Numbered from the stretch's first letter, positions 45,773-55,651 are shown. The stretch: 64,000 nucleotides of DNA from Candidatus Woesearchaeota archaeon (GCA_037445145.1 JBBILB010000003.1:976-64975); one strand, 5' to 3'. A program made the numbers and translations. Notes: generated by a model not told the origin, from the sequence alone.

Positions 45773-46414
45773 TTATTCTTTTATTCCAAACTTCCCGGTT
45801 AAAGGGACAAAAACATAGTCGCCTAAGTCGCTTGTTTCCAGCTTTCCTTTCAGTTTTCTTGCCTTAATCATTCGCTGCGCATGCATTTGGCCGACAGGAA
45901 TGAGCAGGATTCCGCCTTCTTTCAGCTGCCTAACAAGGACATCTGGAATTTTCGGGGCTGCTGCAGTGCAAATAATGCGGTCATAAGGCGCTTCTTTCGC
46001 ATAGCCCCTGCTGCCGTCAGAATGAATGATAGCGACGTTTTTTATGCCTGCCTTTTTGAGATTTGCTTTTGCGAATTTTACGAGCTCTGGCACGATTTCC
46101 GTGGTGATGACTTTGCCCTTTTCGCCGACAAGAACGCCCAGAAGGGCTGCATTGTAACCAGAGCCAGCGCCGATTTCAAGCACCTTGTGCCCTGGCTTTA
46201 CTTCAAGCGCGTCAAGCATAAGTACAACAGTTGTTGGCTGACTTATTGTCTGGCCAGCAGGAATAGGCAATGGCTCATCAATATACGCTTCCTTCTTGTA
46301 TTCCTCTGGAACAAACAGTTCGCGCCTGACTTTTTGGAATGCGGAAATAACTGCTTTGTCATTGATTTCACCTGATGCCAGCCAGCGTTCAACAAGCAGT
46401 TCCTTTTCGAGCAT
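45773..46414 (-). CDS. pcm: Protein-L-isoaspartate O-methyltransferase
   Basis: Start moved to MLEKELL. ISQPTTVVLMLDAL, VLEIGAGSGYNAALL, YDRIICTAAAPKIP. Confidence 0.85.
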   Translation of the reverse strand: MLEKELLVERWLASGEINDKAVISAFQKVRRELFVPEEYKKEAYIDEPLPIPAGQTISQPTTVVLMLDALEVKPGHKVLEIGAGSGYNAALLGVLVGEKGKVITTEIVPELVKFAKANLKKAGIKNVAIIHSDGSRGYAKEAPYDRIICTAAAPKIPDVLVRQLKEGGILLIPVGQMHAQRMIKARKLKGKLETSDLGDYVFVPLTGKFGIKE

Positions 46415-46483
46415 ATTCACTCCATACTCATACACAATATTTAAATATTCACTGAAGAGACTAACCGCCAAAAAAAGGAAAAT

Positions 46484-48907
46484 ATGGCGCGCGAAAAAGA
46501 ATTTGTTCTCTGGTTCAAGGACCTCAAGATAGAGGACGTGCCAATCGTGGGAGGCAAGAACGCATCCCTGGGAGAAATGTACAGGGAACTAACAAGAAAA
46601 GGTGTCAGGATACCCAACGGGTTTGCAATAACAACACACGCATACAAGCACCTGTTAAAGCACTCAGGGATTGAGAAAGAAATGCGGCAAATTCTTGAGG
46701 GAATAGATATCAAAAACGTCAGGCAGCTTGCAGAGCGTGGCAGGAAAATAAGGGAATTAATCAGAAGGGCAGAATTCCCAGAAGACCTAAAAGAAGCAAT
46801 CTTCAAGGCATACAGGCAGTTGAGCAGGGAATACCGCTCAGCAGAAGTTGATGTTGCAGTAAGAAGCTCTGCAACAGCAGAAGACCTGCCAGAGGCAAGC
46901 TTTGCAGGACAGCAGGAAACATACCTGAACATTGTCGGCGAGCACGCGCTCCTGGACGCATGCAGGAACTGCTTTGCATCATTGTTCACAAACAGGGCAA
47001 TAGCTTACAGGGCAGAAAAAGGGCTTGACCACTTCAAGGTGTACTTGAGCATAGGCGTGCAGAAAATGGTAAGGTCTGATCTTGCCTCTTCAGGAGTGAT
47101 GTTCACGCTGGACACAGAAACAGGATTCCCGCATGTCTGCTTTGTCACAAGCAGCTGGGGCCTTGGCGAGAACGTGGTGCAGGGCGCAGTAAACCTTGAC
47201 GAATTCTATGTCTTCAAGCCAACCCTGAAGGCGGGCTACAAGCCAATAATCCAGAAAGTGCTTGGCGAAAAGGCAATCAAGATGATTTACTCAACAGAAG
47301 GGCCGCACCCGACAAAAAACATCCCGACACCGCCAGAAGACCGGCGCAAGTTCTCAATAACAGACGAAGAGGTGCTACAGCTCGCAAAATGGGGCATAAT
47401 CATCGAGGATCATTATTCGCAGAAAAAAGGAAAATGGACTCCAATGGACATTGAATGGGCAAAAGACGGCCAGTCAGGAAAACTGTTCATTGTCCAGGCA
47501 AGGCCAGAGACAGTGCAGAGCCAGAAGGCAAGGAACGTGCTCGAGGAATACGTTCTCAAGGAAAAAGGAAGAGTCATTGCAACAGGAAAAAGCGTTGGAA
47601 ACAAGATAGGGCAGGGAGTTGCGCAGGTCATCAAAGATGTCAAGGAAATCTCGCGGTTCAGGCCAGGCGATGTGCTCGTTACAGAAATGACAGACCCTGA
47701 CTGGGTGCCGATAATGAGGATGGCAAAAGCAATCGTGACGAACAAAGGCGGCAGGACGTGCCACGCAGCAATTGTTTCCCGAGAGCTCGGAATCCCCTGC
47801 GTTGTCGGAACACTCAATGCAACTGAGAAAATCAAAAGCGGGCAGAAGGTGACTGTGAGCTGCTCGGAAGGCGAGGAAGGGCGTGTCTATGACGGGCTTT
47901 TGAAGTTTGAAATCAAAAAGCTTGACCTGAAGCAGATGCCAAAAACCAGGACAAAGATAATGATGAACGTCGGCAACCCTGAAGAGGCATTTGACCTCAG
48001 CTTTATCCCAAACCAAGGAGTCGGGCTTGCGCGAATGGAATTCATAATCAACGAATACATCAAAATCCACCCAATGGCGTTGCTGAGGTTCAACAGCCTG
48101 ACCGATGAGGGCGTCAAAAGGGAAATAATCAGGTTAACCCATGGCTACAAGAGCAAGCCTGACTTTTTCATCGACAAGCTCGCGCAGGGCATCGCAATGA
48201 TAACAGCGGCATTTTACCCGCACGACGTGATTGTAAGGCTGAGCGACTTCAAGACAAACGAGTACGCCAATTTGATTGGCGGTGCGGGCTTTGAGCCAAA
48301 AGAGGAAAACCCAATGATTGGATGGAGAGGGGCAAGCAGGTATTACCGCCCTGGCTACAGCCCTGCTTTCGCGCTTGAATGCAAGGCAATAAAGAAAGTC
48401 AGGGATGATTTCGGACTCACGAATTTGAAAGTGATGGTGCCTTTCTGCAGGACAGTCGAGGAAGGCAAAAATGTTGTTGCAGAAATGAACAGGCACGGCT
48501 TGAAGCAGGGCAAAAACGGGCTTCAAGTATACGTAATGTGCGAAATTCCAAGCAATGTTGTGCTTGCAGACGAGTTTTCAAAGGTCTTTGACGGCTTTAG
48601 CATAGGTTCAAATGATTTGACACAGTTGACTCTGGGTTTGGACCGCGACAGCGCGCTTGTTGCAGACCTTTTTGACGAGCGCAATGAGGCAGTGAAGCGC
48701 ATGGTTGAGTATGCAATAAGGACAGTCAAAGCAAATCACAGGAAGATCGGCATTTGTGGAGACGCTCCGAGTACGCACAGCGACTTTGCGCAGTTCCTTG
48801 TGCAGTGCGGAATTGACTCGATATCATTAAGCCCTGATGCAGTGATAAAGACAACCCTGAAGATTGCAGAGATGGAAAAAAAGCTTAAAGGTGAGAGTTT
48901 TAAATAA
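46484..48907 (+). CDS. ppsA: Phosphoenolpyruvate synthase (pyruvate, water dikinase)
   Basis: VGGKNASLGEM, phospho-His region GGRTCHAAIVSRELGIPCVVG, and a C-terminal PEP-utilising TIM barrel. Confidence 0.9.
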   Translation: MAREKEFVLWFKDLKIEDVPIVGGKNASLGEMYRELTRKGVRIPNGFAITTHAYKHLLKHSGIEKEMRQILEGIDIKNVRQLAERGRKIRELIRRAEFPEDLKEAIFKAYRQLSREYRSAEVDVAVRSSATAEDLPEASFAGQQETYLNIVGEHALLDACRNCFASLFTNRAIAYRAEKGLDHFKVYLSIGVQKMVRSDLASSGVMFTLDTETGFPHVCFVTSSWGLGENVVQGAVNLDEFYVFKPTLKAGYKPIIQKVLGEKAIKMIYSTEGPHPTKNIPTPPEDRRKFSITDEEVLQLAKWGIIIEDHYSQKKGKWTPMDIEWAKDGQSGKLFIVQARPETVQSQKARNVLEEYVLKEKGRVIATGKSVGNKIGQGVAQVIKDVKEISRFRPGDVLVTEMTDPDWVPIMRMAKAIVTNKGGRTCHAAIVSRELGIPCVVGTLNATEKIKSGQKVTVSCSEGEEGRVYDGLLKFEIKKLDLKQMPKTRTKIMMNVGNPEEAFDLSFIPNQGVGLARMEFIINEYIKIHPMALLRFNSLTDEGVKREIIRLTHGYKSKPDFFIDKLAQGIAMITAAFYPHDVIVRLSDFKTNEYANLIGGAGFEPKEENPMIGWRGASRYYRPGYSPAFALECKAIKKVRDDFGLTNLKVMVPFCRTVEEGKNVVAEMNRHGLKQGKNGLQVYVMCEIPSNVVLADEFSKVFDGFSIGSNDLTQLTLGLDRDSALVADLFDERNEAVKRMVEYAIRTVKANHRKIGICGDAPSTHSDFAQFLVQCGIDSISLSPDAVIKTTLKIAEMEKKLKGESFK

Positions 48908-49035
48908 GCAAAGCTTTTTCTTTAATTTATGATTGCAGACAAAAGATAAAGGCCATAGTCTCTCAGTTATAAATCCCTGCAATCATTATACGATAAAGGC
49001 ACCCTGCAATTCTGGGGTGCTGATGGTAAACTACG

Positions 49036-49539
49036 ATGAGCCATAGGAAAATCGAGCTGATGGGCAGGGGCTCATTGCAGTTAAACCTCGGAAGGCTTGG
49101 AATAAATCTGACAGAAGAGCAGGAAAGCAAAGTATATGTAGAACTGAAAAAGCTTGGCGATTTAAAGCAGACAATTGCAGACATTGAAGAGCTAAGGCTG
49201 ATAATTGCCGAAGAAATTGGCGACACTTCGCAGCAAAAATACAGGATAGTGCATTACGAATTTCATTCTTTCAAGGGAAAATTGCCAACCGCAACTGTGG
49301 AAATCATGAACGGTGAGAGAACTTACACTGCAAACGGTGAGGGAGGCGGCTGTTACGATGCGTGCATGAATGCGATATCCAAGATTTTTGACAATCTTCC
49401 AGAGCTTGTTGACTACAAAGTAAGGATTCCGACAAAAGGAACAGATGCGCTTGTGGAAACAACAATCGCGTGGAAGAACGGCGAGAAATCATTCAGGACG
49501 CGCAGAGTGGACTCAGACCAGGTTGCATCAGCGCTCTAA
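49036..49539 (+). CDS. Stand-alone LeuA/CimA C-terminal (LeuA_dimer) domain protein, likely a 5-prime-truncated remnant
   Basis: Matches only the distal third of 2-isopropylmalate/citramalate synthases (LNLGRLGINLTEEQESKVYVELKKLGD...NGEGGGCYDACMNAI...DYKVRIPTKGTDALVETTI). The catalytic TIM barrel is absent. Confidence 0.6.
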   Translation: MSHRKIELMGRGSLQLNLGRLGINLTEEQESKVYVELKKLGDLKQTIADIEELRLIIAEEIGDTSQQKYRIVHYEFHSFKGKLPTATVEIMNGERTYTANGEGGGCYDACMNAISKIFDNLPELVDYKVRIPTKGTDALVETTIAWKNGEKSFRTRRVDSDQVASAL

Positions 49540-49575
49540 GCAACAGAAAAATGCTCAATCTTGCTGATGTGAAGG

Positions 49576-50523
49576 TCAGGCAGAAATAACAACAATCTTC
49601 TTGGTCAGGCGCTCATTGATGTAATAATCATATTCCCCCCTGATTTTCAGCTTTGCTTTCCTGATTAAGCGCTTGTAATTGATATTGCTTGGAAAGCCGA
49701 GGACTGCTTTTCCTTTGAGAACTTGTTTCAGCCTTGCCAGGAACTTTGCGTAAAGCATTTCCAGCCCTTTTGGCGGAGTGTTTCTGCCGTATGGGAGGTC
49801 AGCAACAACATATTTTGCATTGGTTAGCATTAATGCATCCTTGTTTGAGAGCCTGAAATGCCTTATTCCGTAGCCAAGAAGGTTTTTTGCTGCCTTTTCA
49901 AGAAGCTTTTGCTCAATATCATAGCCAACCGGAATGAATTTCATCAGGCCCGCCTCAATTAAAATGCCCCCTGCGCCGCAGAACGGGTCAACAAGCTCGC
50001 CTTTTGTGATTCCTGTGAGGTTTATCATTGCCCTTGCTATCTGCGGGTGAGTCCCTGTTGGGTGCGGGGCAGGCCAGTGATGCACTTTCCTGCCTTCAAA
50101 GTTCTCCTTGTTCTGCCACAAGAGCTTTCCTGCAATTACTTTGTCGCCGACAAAAAAGAAATTAAACCACGAAACCGGCTTTTTCATCTCTGCTTTTGAA
50201 TTTTTTATCCTTTCCCCAACCTGCTGAGCGATTGATAGCTCAATGCAGGGATCAGTATGGTGGCAGGTGACCTTGAAGTCCTTCTTGTAATGCTTTTGCC
50301 AAGAAAATTCCCTTATGGTTCTGCCCAAATCCTGTTTTTTGCAGACAAAAAACAGCTCAAAAACAGCGTGGCTGAGCCCAAGCCTTTGGAATGCAGCATT
50401 CTTGGCATCAGCAGCAAGGATTTCATTGCCATAAAGCGCAATTTTCCTTCCTTTTGAGACTTCAAGCGCTTCAGCTATTGCCAAATCAGCATACCGCTTG
50501 TATAATTGGAAGAAAACCTTCAT
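49576..50523 (-). CDS. THUMP-domain tRNA (guanine-N2) methyltransferase, Trm11/Trm-G10-like
   Basis: DPFCGAGGILIEAG (SAM) and VVADLPYG (catalytic D/N-PPY-like). Start moved to MKVFFQLY. The alternative at 50640 overlaps the upstream stop. Confidence 0.75.
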   Translation of the reverse strand: MKVFFQLYKRYADLAIAEALEVSKGRKIALYGNEILAADAKNAAFQRLGLSHAVFELFFVCKKQDLGRTIREFSWQKHYKKDFKVTCHHTDPCIELSIAQQVGERIKNSKAEMKKPVSWFNFFFVGDKVIAGKLLWQNKENFEGRKVHHWPAPHPTGTHPQIARAMINLTGITKGELVDPFCGAGGILIEAGLMKFIPVGYDIEQKLLEKAAKNLLGYGIRHFRLSNKDALMLTNAKYVVADLPYGRNTPPKGLEMLYAKFLARLKQVLKGKAVLGFPSNINYKRLIRKAKLKIRGEYDYYINERLTKKIVVISA

Positions 50524-50636
50524 TTCTTCTTTTGCTTTTCCTGGATTGCCTTCTTTACTTGCCTGTTTACTATGTAAAGCACGACAAAGAAGGTTATCAG
50601 CATCAGGGCAAACCCTATTTTTGTCCTTGCATAGTC

Positions 50637-50999
50637 TCAATAGCTGACTGTTGCTGCAAATGCAGTGACAATAGTTCCAATGAAAACACCCATAAGTATT
50701 GCATCAACAAGCGGAAGCAAAAGCGCAAGGATAAGGATAACAAGGTTAAAGCCTGTTATTGCAGCATACTTCCAGCCGTTGTACACGCTTCGCTCCTCAT
50801 TCCAGGCCTGTTCTGCCACGCGCTGCTGTGCAAGGCACTCACTTATCTTTTTCTGCTGCACCTCTGTAATTGCCTGCTGCTCCTCAGCAGTCATTTTTGC
50901 GCTCGGCGGGTATTGCGGGTAGCATTCCTCTGTGCCGCGGAAATAAGACTCAGAACCCGTGAACTTGGGGAAGAAAACATTAGCCCCAAGGAAGACCAT
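50637..50999 (-). CDS. Small membrane protein
   Basis: 120 aa with two C-terminal TM helices. No family recognised. Confidence 0.45.
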   Translation of the reverse strand: MVFLGANVFFPKFTGSESYFRGTEECYPQYPPSAKMTAEEQQAITEVQQKKISECLAQQRVAEQAWNEERSVYNGWKYAAITGFNLVILILALLLPLVDAILMGVFIGTIVTAFAATVSY

Positions 51000-51116
51000 T
51001 GGTAATAGAGCAGTGCGATAACCAACACGTATAAGAATTTCAGCCAGTTTACCATAAGGCCTGCTTAAGAGGAGGGTATTATAAATTTAACTGTTTACTG
51101 CGCATTCATGTATATT

Positions 51117-51480
51117 TCATATTTCATCAGGCGCAAGAAGAACATTGTTAAAGCTCTTCTCAGGTGTTGGCTGAACTTCTGCCCTGTTTATCAGCAGGAT
51201 TGGCTTTTCTGCCATGAAAGACATTCCAATATCAAACCTGCTTACTTCGCTTGCGGGATTGCAGAAAACCATGACTTCCCCTGATTTTTTCATCCCTGTC
51301 CTGTTTTGCTTGCAGATAGCCAGCCCAATAATGTCGCCCTGGTGCGTCGTGTTATCAGGAGGATAATATTAATATACGCTGTAGCCTTCGCGCTTAAGCC
51401 CATCAACATACTGCCCCCAAATAATCTGACTCTGCCTGCGTAATTTTCCTCACAGGGCAAATTATGAAGATAGCCCTTGT
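51117..51480 (-). pseudogene. Nucleoside 2-deoxyribosyltransferase-like gene, disrupted (one frameshift plus one in-frame TAA)
   Basis: Hand-translated pieces: ...IFIICPVRKITQAESDYLG / (frameshift) QYVDGLKREGYSVY*YYPPDNTTHQGDIIGLAICKQNRTGMKKSGEVMVFCNPASEVSRFDIGMSFMAEKPILLIN. Joined, they recreate the family layout (ICPVR...S-x-G/S-x-FD-x-GM-x-F...KP). Confidence 0.6.
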
Positions 51481-51593
51481 CTGCTGTTCGAGGTTTTTTC
51501 CGCACCCAGAAAGAAAACAAGAAAGGTCAATAAAAAGCTTCGGACTTTTGCAATATGGAAAAATATTAAAAGCTGACAGACAAAAAGAGCAGT

Positions 51594-51938
51594 ATGCCGC
51601 GCGGAAGACCAATCAAGTCAGAAATCAGGCAGGGCATGGTTGAAATTCTTGCAGTAAAAGGCTCTGCATATGGCTATGAGCTTGCAAAAATTTACAACGA
51701 GATTTTCCCCCAATGCACAAGGGAGAACATTTACTATCATCTGAGAAAAGGGGTTGCTATCGGCGAGTTTGTTGTCAAGGAGATAAAGGAAGAGCGAGGC
51801 GAATATTCCTGGGGAAGCATTGTTGAGAAAAAATATTATGCGCTTGGGCCGAATGCAAAGCCTGTTGGCAATGAGAGAGTAAGGAAGTATTTTGAGGGAA
51901 AAAAAGGCCTAATGGCACTTACCAACGCACTGCGCTGA
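51594..51938 (+). CDS. PadR-like winged-helix transcriptional regulator
   Basis: ILAVKGSAYGYELAKIYNEIF...NIYYHLRKGVAIGEF. Confidence 0.6.
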   Translation: MPRGRPIKSEIRQGMVEILAVKGSAYGYELAKIYNEIFPQCTRENIYYHLRKGVAIGEFVVKEIKEERGEYSWGSIVEKKYYALGPNAKPVGNERVRKYFEGKKGLMALTNALR

Positions 51939-52397
51939 GCAGAATTCTATGAATTTTGGCTCGCAAATCCTTGCACTCCTCAAAGAGCACGCTGTTGAGC
52001 ACGCGCTTGGGTCAATTATCTGGCCGCAGGCAGACTTGCAGTCAGCCCCGCTTGGCTTTGAGCAGGCATAAGTTGCAGAAGTCTTGCAGGATGATTCGCA
52101 TTTCTCAATGCATTCAGCAACAGGGTCTTCTGCTGGCCTGTTCTCAGGGATGACAATCACTTGGGGCTCATCCCTTGGAATCACATTTGTCGGAATGTAA
52201 TTGAGGGGGGTTTCTGACGGCTGCGAGGGGGCAGGCTCTGGCTCTGGGACGGGCTCGCTCGTGACAACAACCTCCTTCGGTCCTTCGGGAGGGGCCTGCA
52301 CGATTACTGCCCCTGAAGGAGATTTCTGGCAGGCAGAGAGCAATGCCAAGACAAGGATGCACGCAATAATGCTAATGCATAAAGCCCGCAATGACAT
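51909..52397 (-). CDS. Putative lipoprotein, Pro-rich linker + Cys-rich domain
   Basis: Start moved to MSLRALCISIIACILVLALLSAC-QK (lipobox-like). C-terminal 90 aa has 14 Cys. Confidence 0.55.
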   Translation of the reverse strand: MSLRALCISIIACILVLALLSACQKSPSGAVIVQAPPEGPKEVVVTSEPVPEPEPAPSQPSETPLNYIPTNVIPRDEPQVIVIPENRPAEDPVAECIEKCESSCKTSATYACSKPSGADCKSACGQIIDPSACSTACSLRSARICEPKFIEFCSAQCVGKCH

Positions 52398-53544
52398 TTG
52401 CAACCACCAGCAACAAAAACACGATGCTGATGAACCTCCAAACTTTCTGACCGGCTTCCTGCTTAAAAACCTTTTGCAAAACAACCTGGAGCATCCTGCC
52501 GCCGTCAATCGGCCCTATTGGCAAAAGGTTGAACAAGCCGATGCCAAGGCTTAGCAGGAAAAGCCAGTACAAAAGACCGAAAGACCAAAGGATGATTGGC
52601 ACAAGCCACTCGCCGTACTTTGCCCTGAATGCCTCATTTATTTCCGCATGCTGGCGCGAATAAAGCCCAAGATGCGACTTGGAGGCATTATTTGGGTTTT
52701 CTGCGAGCACAACGGCATACGTGGCATTCCTTGTTTGCACCGTGACAGTGTCGCCCGGCTTTTTTGCAGCAAGCTCAGAACTCAGGTTTTCAAGATAAGG
52801 TGTTGGAATGCCGTCAATTGCGGTTATCACGTCACCTTCCCGGATGCCAGCAAGGGCAGCAGGGCTTCCTTCATCAACACCCGTGACGCGTACACCTTCA
52901 GGATAAATCATTGACTGCGCAACAGGGTTTGCAAAAAGCACCACTGCCAGGAACACGACGCCTGCAGTCACGAGGTTTGAGAACGGCCCTGCCGCAAAAA
53001 CACTCAACTGCCTGAACCTGCCCTGTTTTTTGAGATATTCCTCGTCAGGCTCCACAAAAGCGGCAGGAACCAAAGGAACAAAAATGCCAAGGAATGCAAG
53101 ACCTGCATTCTTTATAGGCATTTTGTAAATCCTTGCCGCAATACCGTGGCAGAACTCATGGACAAGCGCGATGACAAAAATGCTCAGAATCCAGTAGACA
53201 AACGGCACGAAGAAAACGCCTTTTGCCTCAAAAGGAAGCACCGGCTGGATTCCGGGCAATGCGCCGGGCGAAACAAGCATCAGGACAGTATTCTTGACAA
53301 GCTCATAGCTTATCATCAGCAACCCTGCGAAGCCAGCAACAACCCCAAGTCCGAAAAACCAAGACCAAAAGCCAGGCATCAGCTGCGCAAGGCGGTCCAT
53401 AAACTTCAAGCCGCGCTGGGTGCGCCACATCACGAAATAAAGTATTGGAAAAACGCCTTGCAGCTGGATGTTTTTCCTCTGCAGCCATGAAAAGACAATC
53501 ATCAGCAGGATGAAGATGGCTAATAGCGTGTATTGGAAGTCCAT
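52372..53544 (-). CDS. Site-2 protease (M50 family) with PDZ domain
   Basis: HEFCHGIAAR (HExxH). PDZ GSPAALAGIREGDVITAIDG. Distal LFNLLPIGPIDGG. Confidence 0.85.
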   Translation of the reverse strand: MDFQYTLLAIFILLMIVFSWLQRKNIQLQGVFPILYFVMWRTQRGLKFMDRLAQLMPGFWSWFFGLGVVAGFAGLLMISYELVKNTVLMLVSPGALPGIQPVLPFEAKGVFFVPFVYWILSIFVIALVHEFCHGIAARIYKMPIKNAGLAFLGIFVPLVPAAFVEPDEEYLKKQGRFRQLSVFAAGPFSNLVTAGVVFLAVVLFANPVAQSMIYPEGVRVTGVDEGSPAALAGIREGDVITAIDGIPTPYLENLSSELAAKKPGDTVTVQTRNATYAVVLAENPNNASKSHLGLYSRQHAEINEAFRAKYGEWLVPIILWSFGLLYWLFLLSLGIGLFNLLPIGPIDGGRMLQVVLQKVFKQEAGQKVWRFISIVFLLLVVANVIAGFMH

Positions 53545-53595
53545 GATTTGCCCAGCGGTTTACCCGTATAAAAAATGTTCGGTTCAGAATGCCAA

Positions 53596-53757
53596 TTACT
53601 TCCTTCTCTTGGGCTTGAAGCTCCTGCCCTGGCACTTCCTGCACTTGACGGCGCCTTCTGCCATCTTCCTGCTGGGCGCGCTGATGACAGACTTGCACCT
53701 CCTGCACACGAACTTGTTGCGGAACATCCGCGCGTCAGCCTCTGGGAATTTCACCAT
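53596..53757 (-). CDS. rpl40e: Ribosomal protein eL40 (53 aa)
   Basis: Hand-translated: MVKFPEADARMFRNKFVCRRCKSVISAPSRKMAEGAVKCRKCQGRSFKPKRRK. Its ATG overlaps the aIF5A stop (TAATG). Below the track cutoff. Confidence 0.85.
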   Translation of the reverse strand: MVKFPEADARMFRNKFVCRRCKSVISAPSRKMAEGAVKCRKCQGRSFKPKRRK

Positions 53758-54158
53758 TATTCTGCACCGCTCTTCAACTGCTTCATCACTTTTTGCCCCA
53801 TTATTATCCAGTACAATACCTGGCAGCCCTCAACAACGCTTTCCTTCAGCTCAGGGGGGATTGCCAAATCAAAAGTTTCATACGTTTCGGAGTCCATCAC
53901 GTTTGCCCTGTCTCCTGAAATGCTCAAAACCTGGGCGGTTTTCTTTTCTATGATCGGGACCTCAACATTGTCATGGCCGGGAATAACCATTTCGCGCTTC
54001 TTATCGTCAATAAGCCCGATGGCAACAATGCGCACCTTTGCGTGCCCGTGCTTCCCTGACTTGCTTGTTTCGGCACTCACAACCTTGCAGGCGGCATTGT
54101 CAATGAGGATATAGCCACCCTCCTTGATCGAGCCCGCGCTAACGATTTTCGTCGACAT
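53757..54158 (-). CDS. eif5a: Translation initiation factor 5A
   Basis: Hypusine loop TSKSGKHGHAKVRIV. Confidence 0.9.
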   Translation of the reverse strand: MSTKIVSAGSIKEGGYILIDNAACKVVSAETSKSGKHGHAKVRIVAIGLIDDKKREMVIPGHDNVEVPIIEKKTAQVLSISGDRANVMDSETYETFDLAIPPELKESVVEGCQVLYWIIMGQKVMKQLKSGAE

Positions 54159-54250
54159 TGGAGGAATCGGACTTTAAGCTGTTTAAATAGTTTTCGGAAC
54201 CTGCAAGGATTTCGAGAACTCCGCCGGCTGAAGTCTGCAATAGTTTTCGG

Positions 54251-54261
54251 AAAAAAAAAAA
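54251..54261 (-). terminator. Oligo-T (T11) directly after a stop codon
   Basis: An A11 run on the plus strand abuts the stop (54262-64) of the minus-strand DUF45-like gene. Confidence 0.5.
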
Positions 54262-54924
54262 TCAGAACCAATCCCGGAAATAACTGCGTTTGCGCTTTGA
54301 GACAAGCCTTGACAATTCCTTTTCCAGAGCCGCAGAGTTTGGGTATGACTTCTCATCCTGCCTGAACTTTGAGCTGTGAAAAGTCCTCTTCAAGCCAAAA
54401 CCCTTGAACTGGTGCTTCTTGTGCAGCAATTCGTGGTACATCACGTAATCAAGCAGGCGCGGATACTCGAGCAGGATTGAGCTTATGCTTACAGTGTCAG
54501 TGCCAAGGTCATAAGAACCGAGCTTTGTTATGCCATTGCCTATGACAAGGTTTGGCTGGTCCAACAAGCCATTGAATTGTAGCTCATTTACGCGCCTGAA
54601 GCTTGCCTCAAGGACAGGGTGCGACCTTGTCTTGGCTATTGTTGAAGGAACGCTTTTCAGGAAATAATTGTACAAGTCCATCTGTGTTGTTCTGCGCTTT
54701 TCCTTGAACAGCCTGCACAGCAGGTGCTGGACAAGCCCGAGCTGGATGTCTCTGCTCACTGTTTTCCACTGCCTGCTGAGGTTAAGGACAAGGCGTTTCT
54801 GCAATTTGTTCAGCCTGATGTTCGCGTTGTAGCCCCTGAACCTGCCGGAATACCTGACCTCTGCAGAATAAGCATAAGGTTTTTCCGGAAAGACTGTGTT
54901 GAATGCCTCGCGAACAAGGTCCAT
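54262..54924 (-). CDS. DUF45/SprT-like zinc metallohydrolase
   Basis: YVMYHELLHKKH...HSSKFRQ (HExxH plus a distal His). Confidence 0.6.
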   Translation of the reverse strand: MDLVREAFNTVFPEKPYAYSAEVRYSGRFRGYNANIRLNKLQKRLVLNLSRQWKTVSRDIQLGLVQHLLCRLFKEKRRTTQMDLYNYFLKSVPSTIAKTRSHPVLEASFRRVNELQFNGLLDQPNLVIGNGITKLGSYDLGTDTVSISSILLEYPRLLDYVMYHELLHKKHQFKGFGLKRTFHSSKFRQDEKSYPNSAALEKELSRLVSKRKRSYFRDWF

Positions 54925-55000
54925 AATCGCTATGAGTGTCGCCGCGGCTCATAAACATTTCGCGAAATGTTTATATACAGAACATTACCACTTGTGAGCG

Positions 55001-55651
55001 GTGGTGGGCTTGTTTGGAACAGACGGAATTAGGAGGATAACCCCTGTCTTAACGGCGGCATTAATTCTTGTGCTGGGTTTTTTCGCATTCCGCGGCGGCA
55101 TCGGGGTGTTGAACCCGACAGGGCTTATGGTCCTCAAGAACACGACGCTGACAGGCACGTTCTACATAAATGACAACAAGCTGGGTGTTTCTGCCAACAA
55201 TGCCGCAGTAAAGTTCTCAGCGCCGGAAGTAGCAAGAATAAAGACACGGGGTGGCCAAATCAACGGCACAGGAAACTTCTGGATAGATGGCTTCACTGGC
55301 ACAATCGCGTGGAACGGCAAAACAATAGAGCTTGACGGCACAATGGCAAGCGTCCACGGCAACCAGCTGGACATCACATACACTGTTCGGGAAATCACAA
55401 CAATAACACTTACGGCAGGAAGTGTTGAGGCGTCAAAGGTCAATATTTCATCAATAAGCAGCGACCTGACAGGCAATCTCAGGCTTGAAGGGCGCTGGAC
55501 CATAAGGACAAACGAAACGCCAATAAGCATAAGCGGCTATGATGGAAGTATCATCTTCCAGCGCGTAAACAACGAGACAACGCTTTACTTGAGTGGCAAT
55601 GCTGACAAGATAAGGGTTGAGCAGGAAAACATCATTAAGAACGTGGCTTAA
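55001..55651 (+). CDS. Membrane-anchored extracellular protein, beta-rich
   Basis: GTG start, one N-terminal TM, and many N-x-T/S sequons. No family recognised. Confidence 0.45.
   Translation: MVGLFGTDGIRRITPVLTAALILVLGFFAFRGGIGVLNPTGLMVLKNTTLTGTFYINDNKLGVSANNAAVKFSAPEVARIKTRGGQINGTGNFWIDGFTGTIAWNGKTIELDGTMASVHGNQLDITYTVREITTITLTAGSVEASKVNISSISSDLTGNLRLEGRWTIRTNETPISISGYDGSIIFQRVNNETTLYLSGNADKIRVEQENIIKNVA

Noticed and set aside
53303-54114. ORFs 53303-53707 (-), 53468-53953 (+) and 53575-54114 (+).
   Set aside because: They overlap the S2P 5-prime end, eL40 and aIF5A in other frames. The conserved eL40 and aIF5A sequences explain the region.
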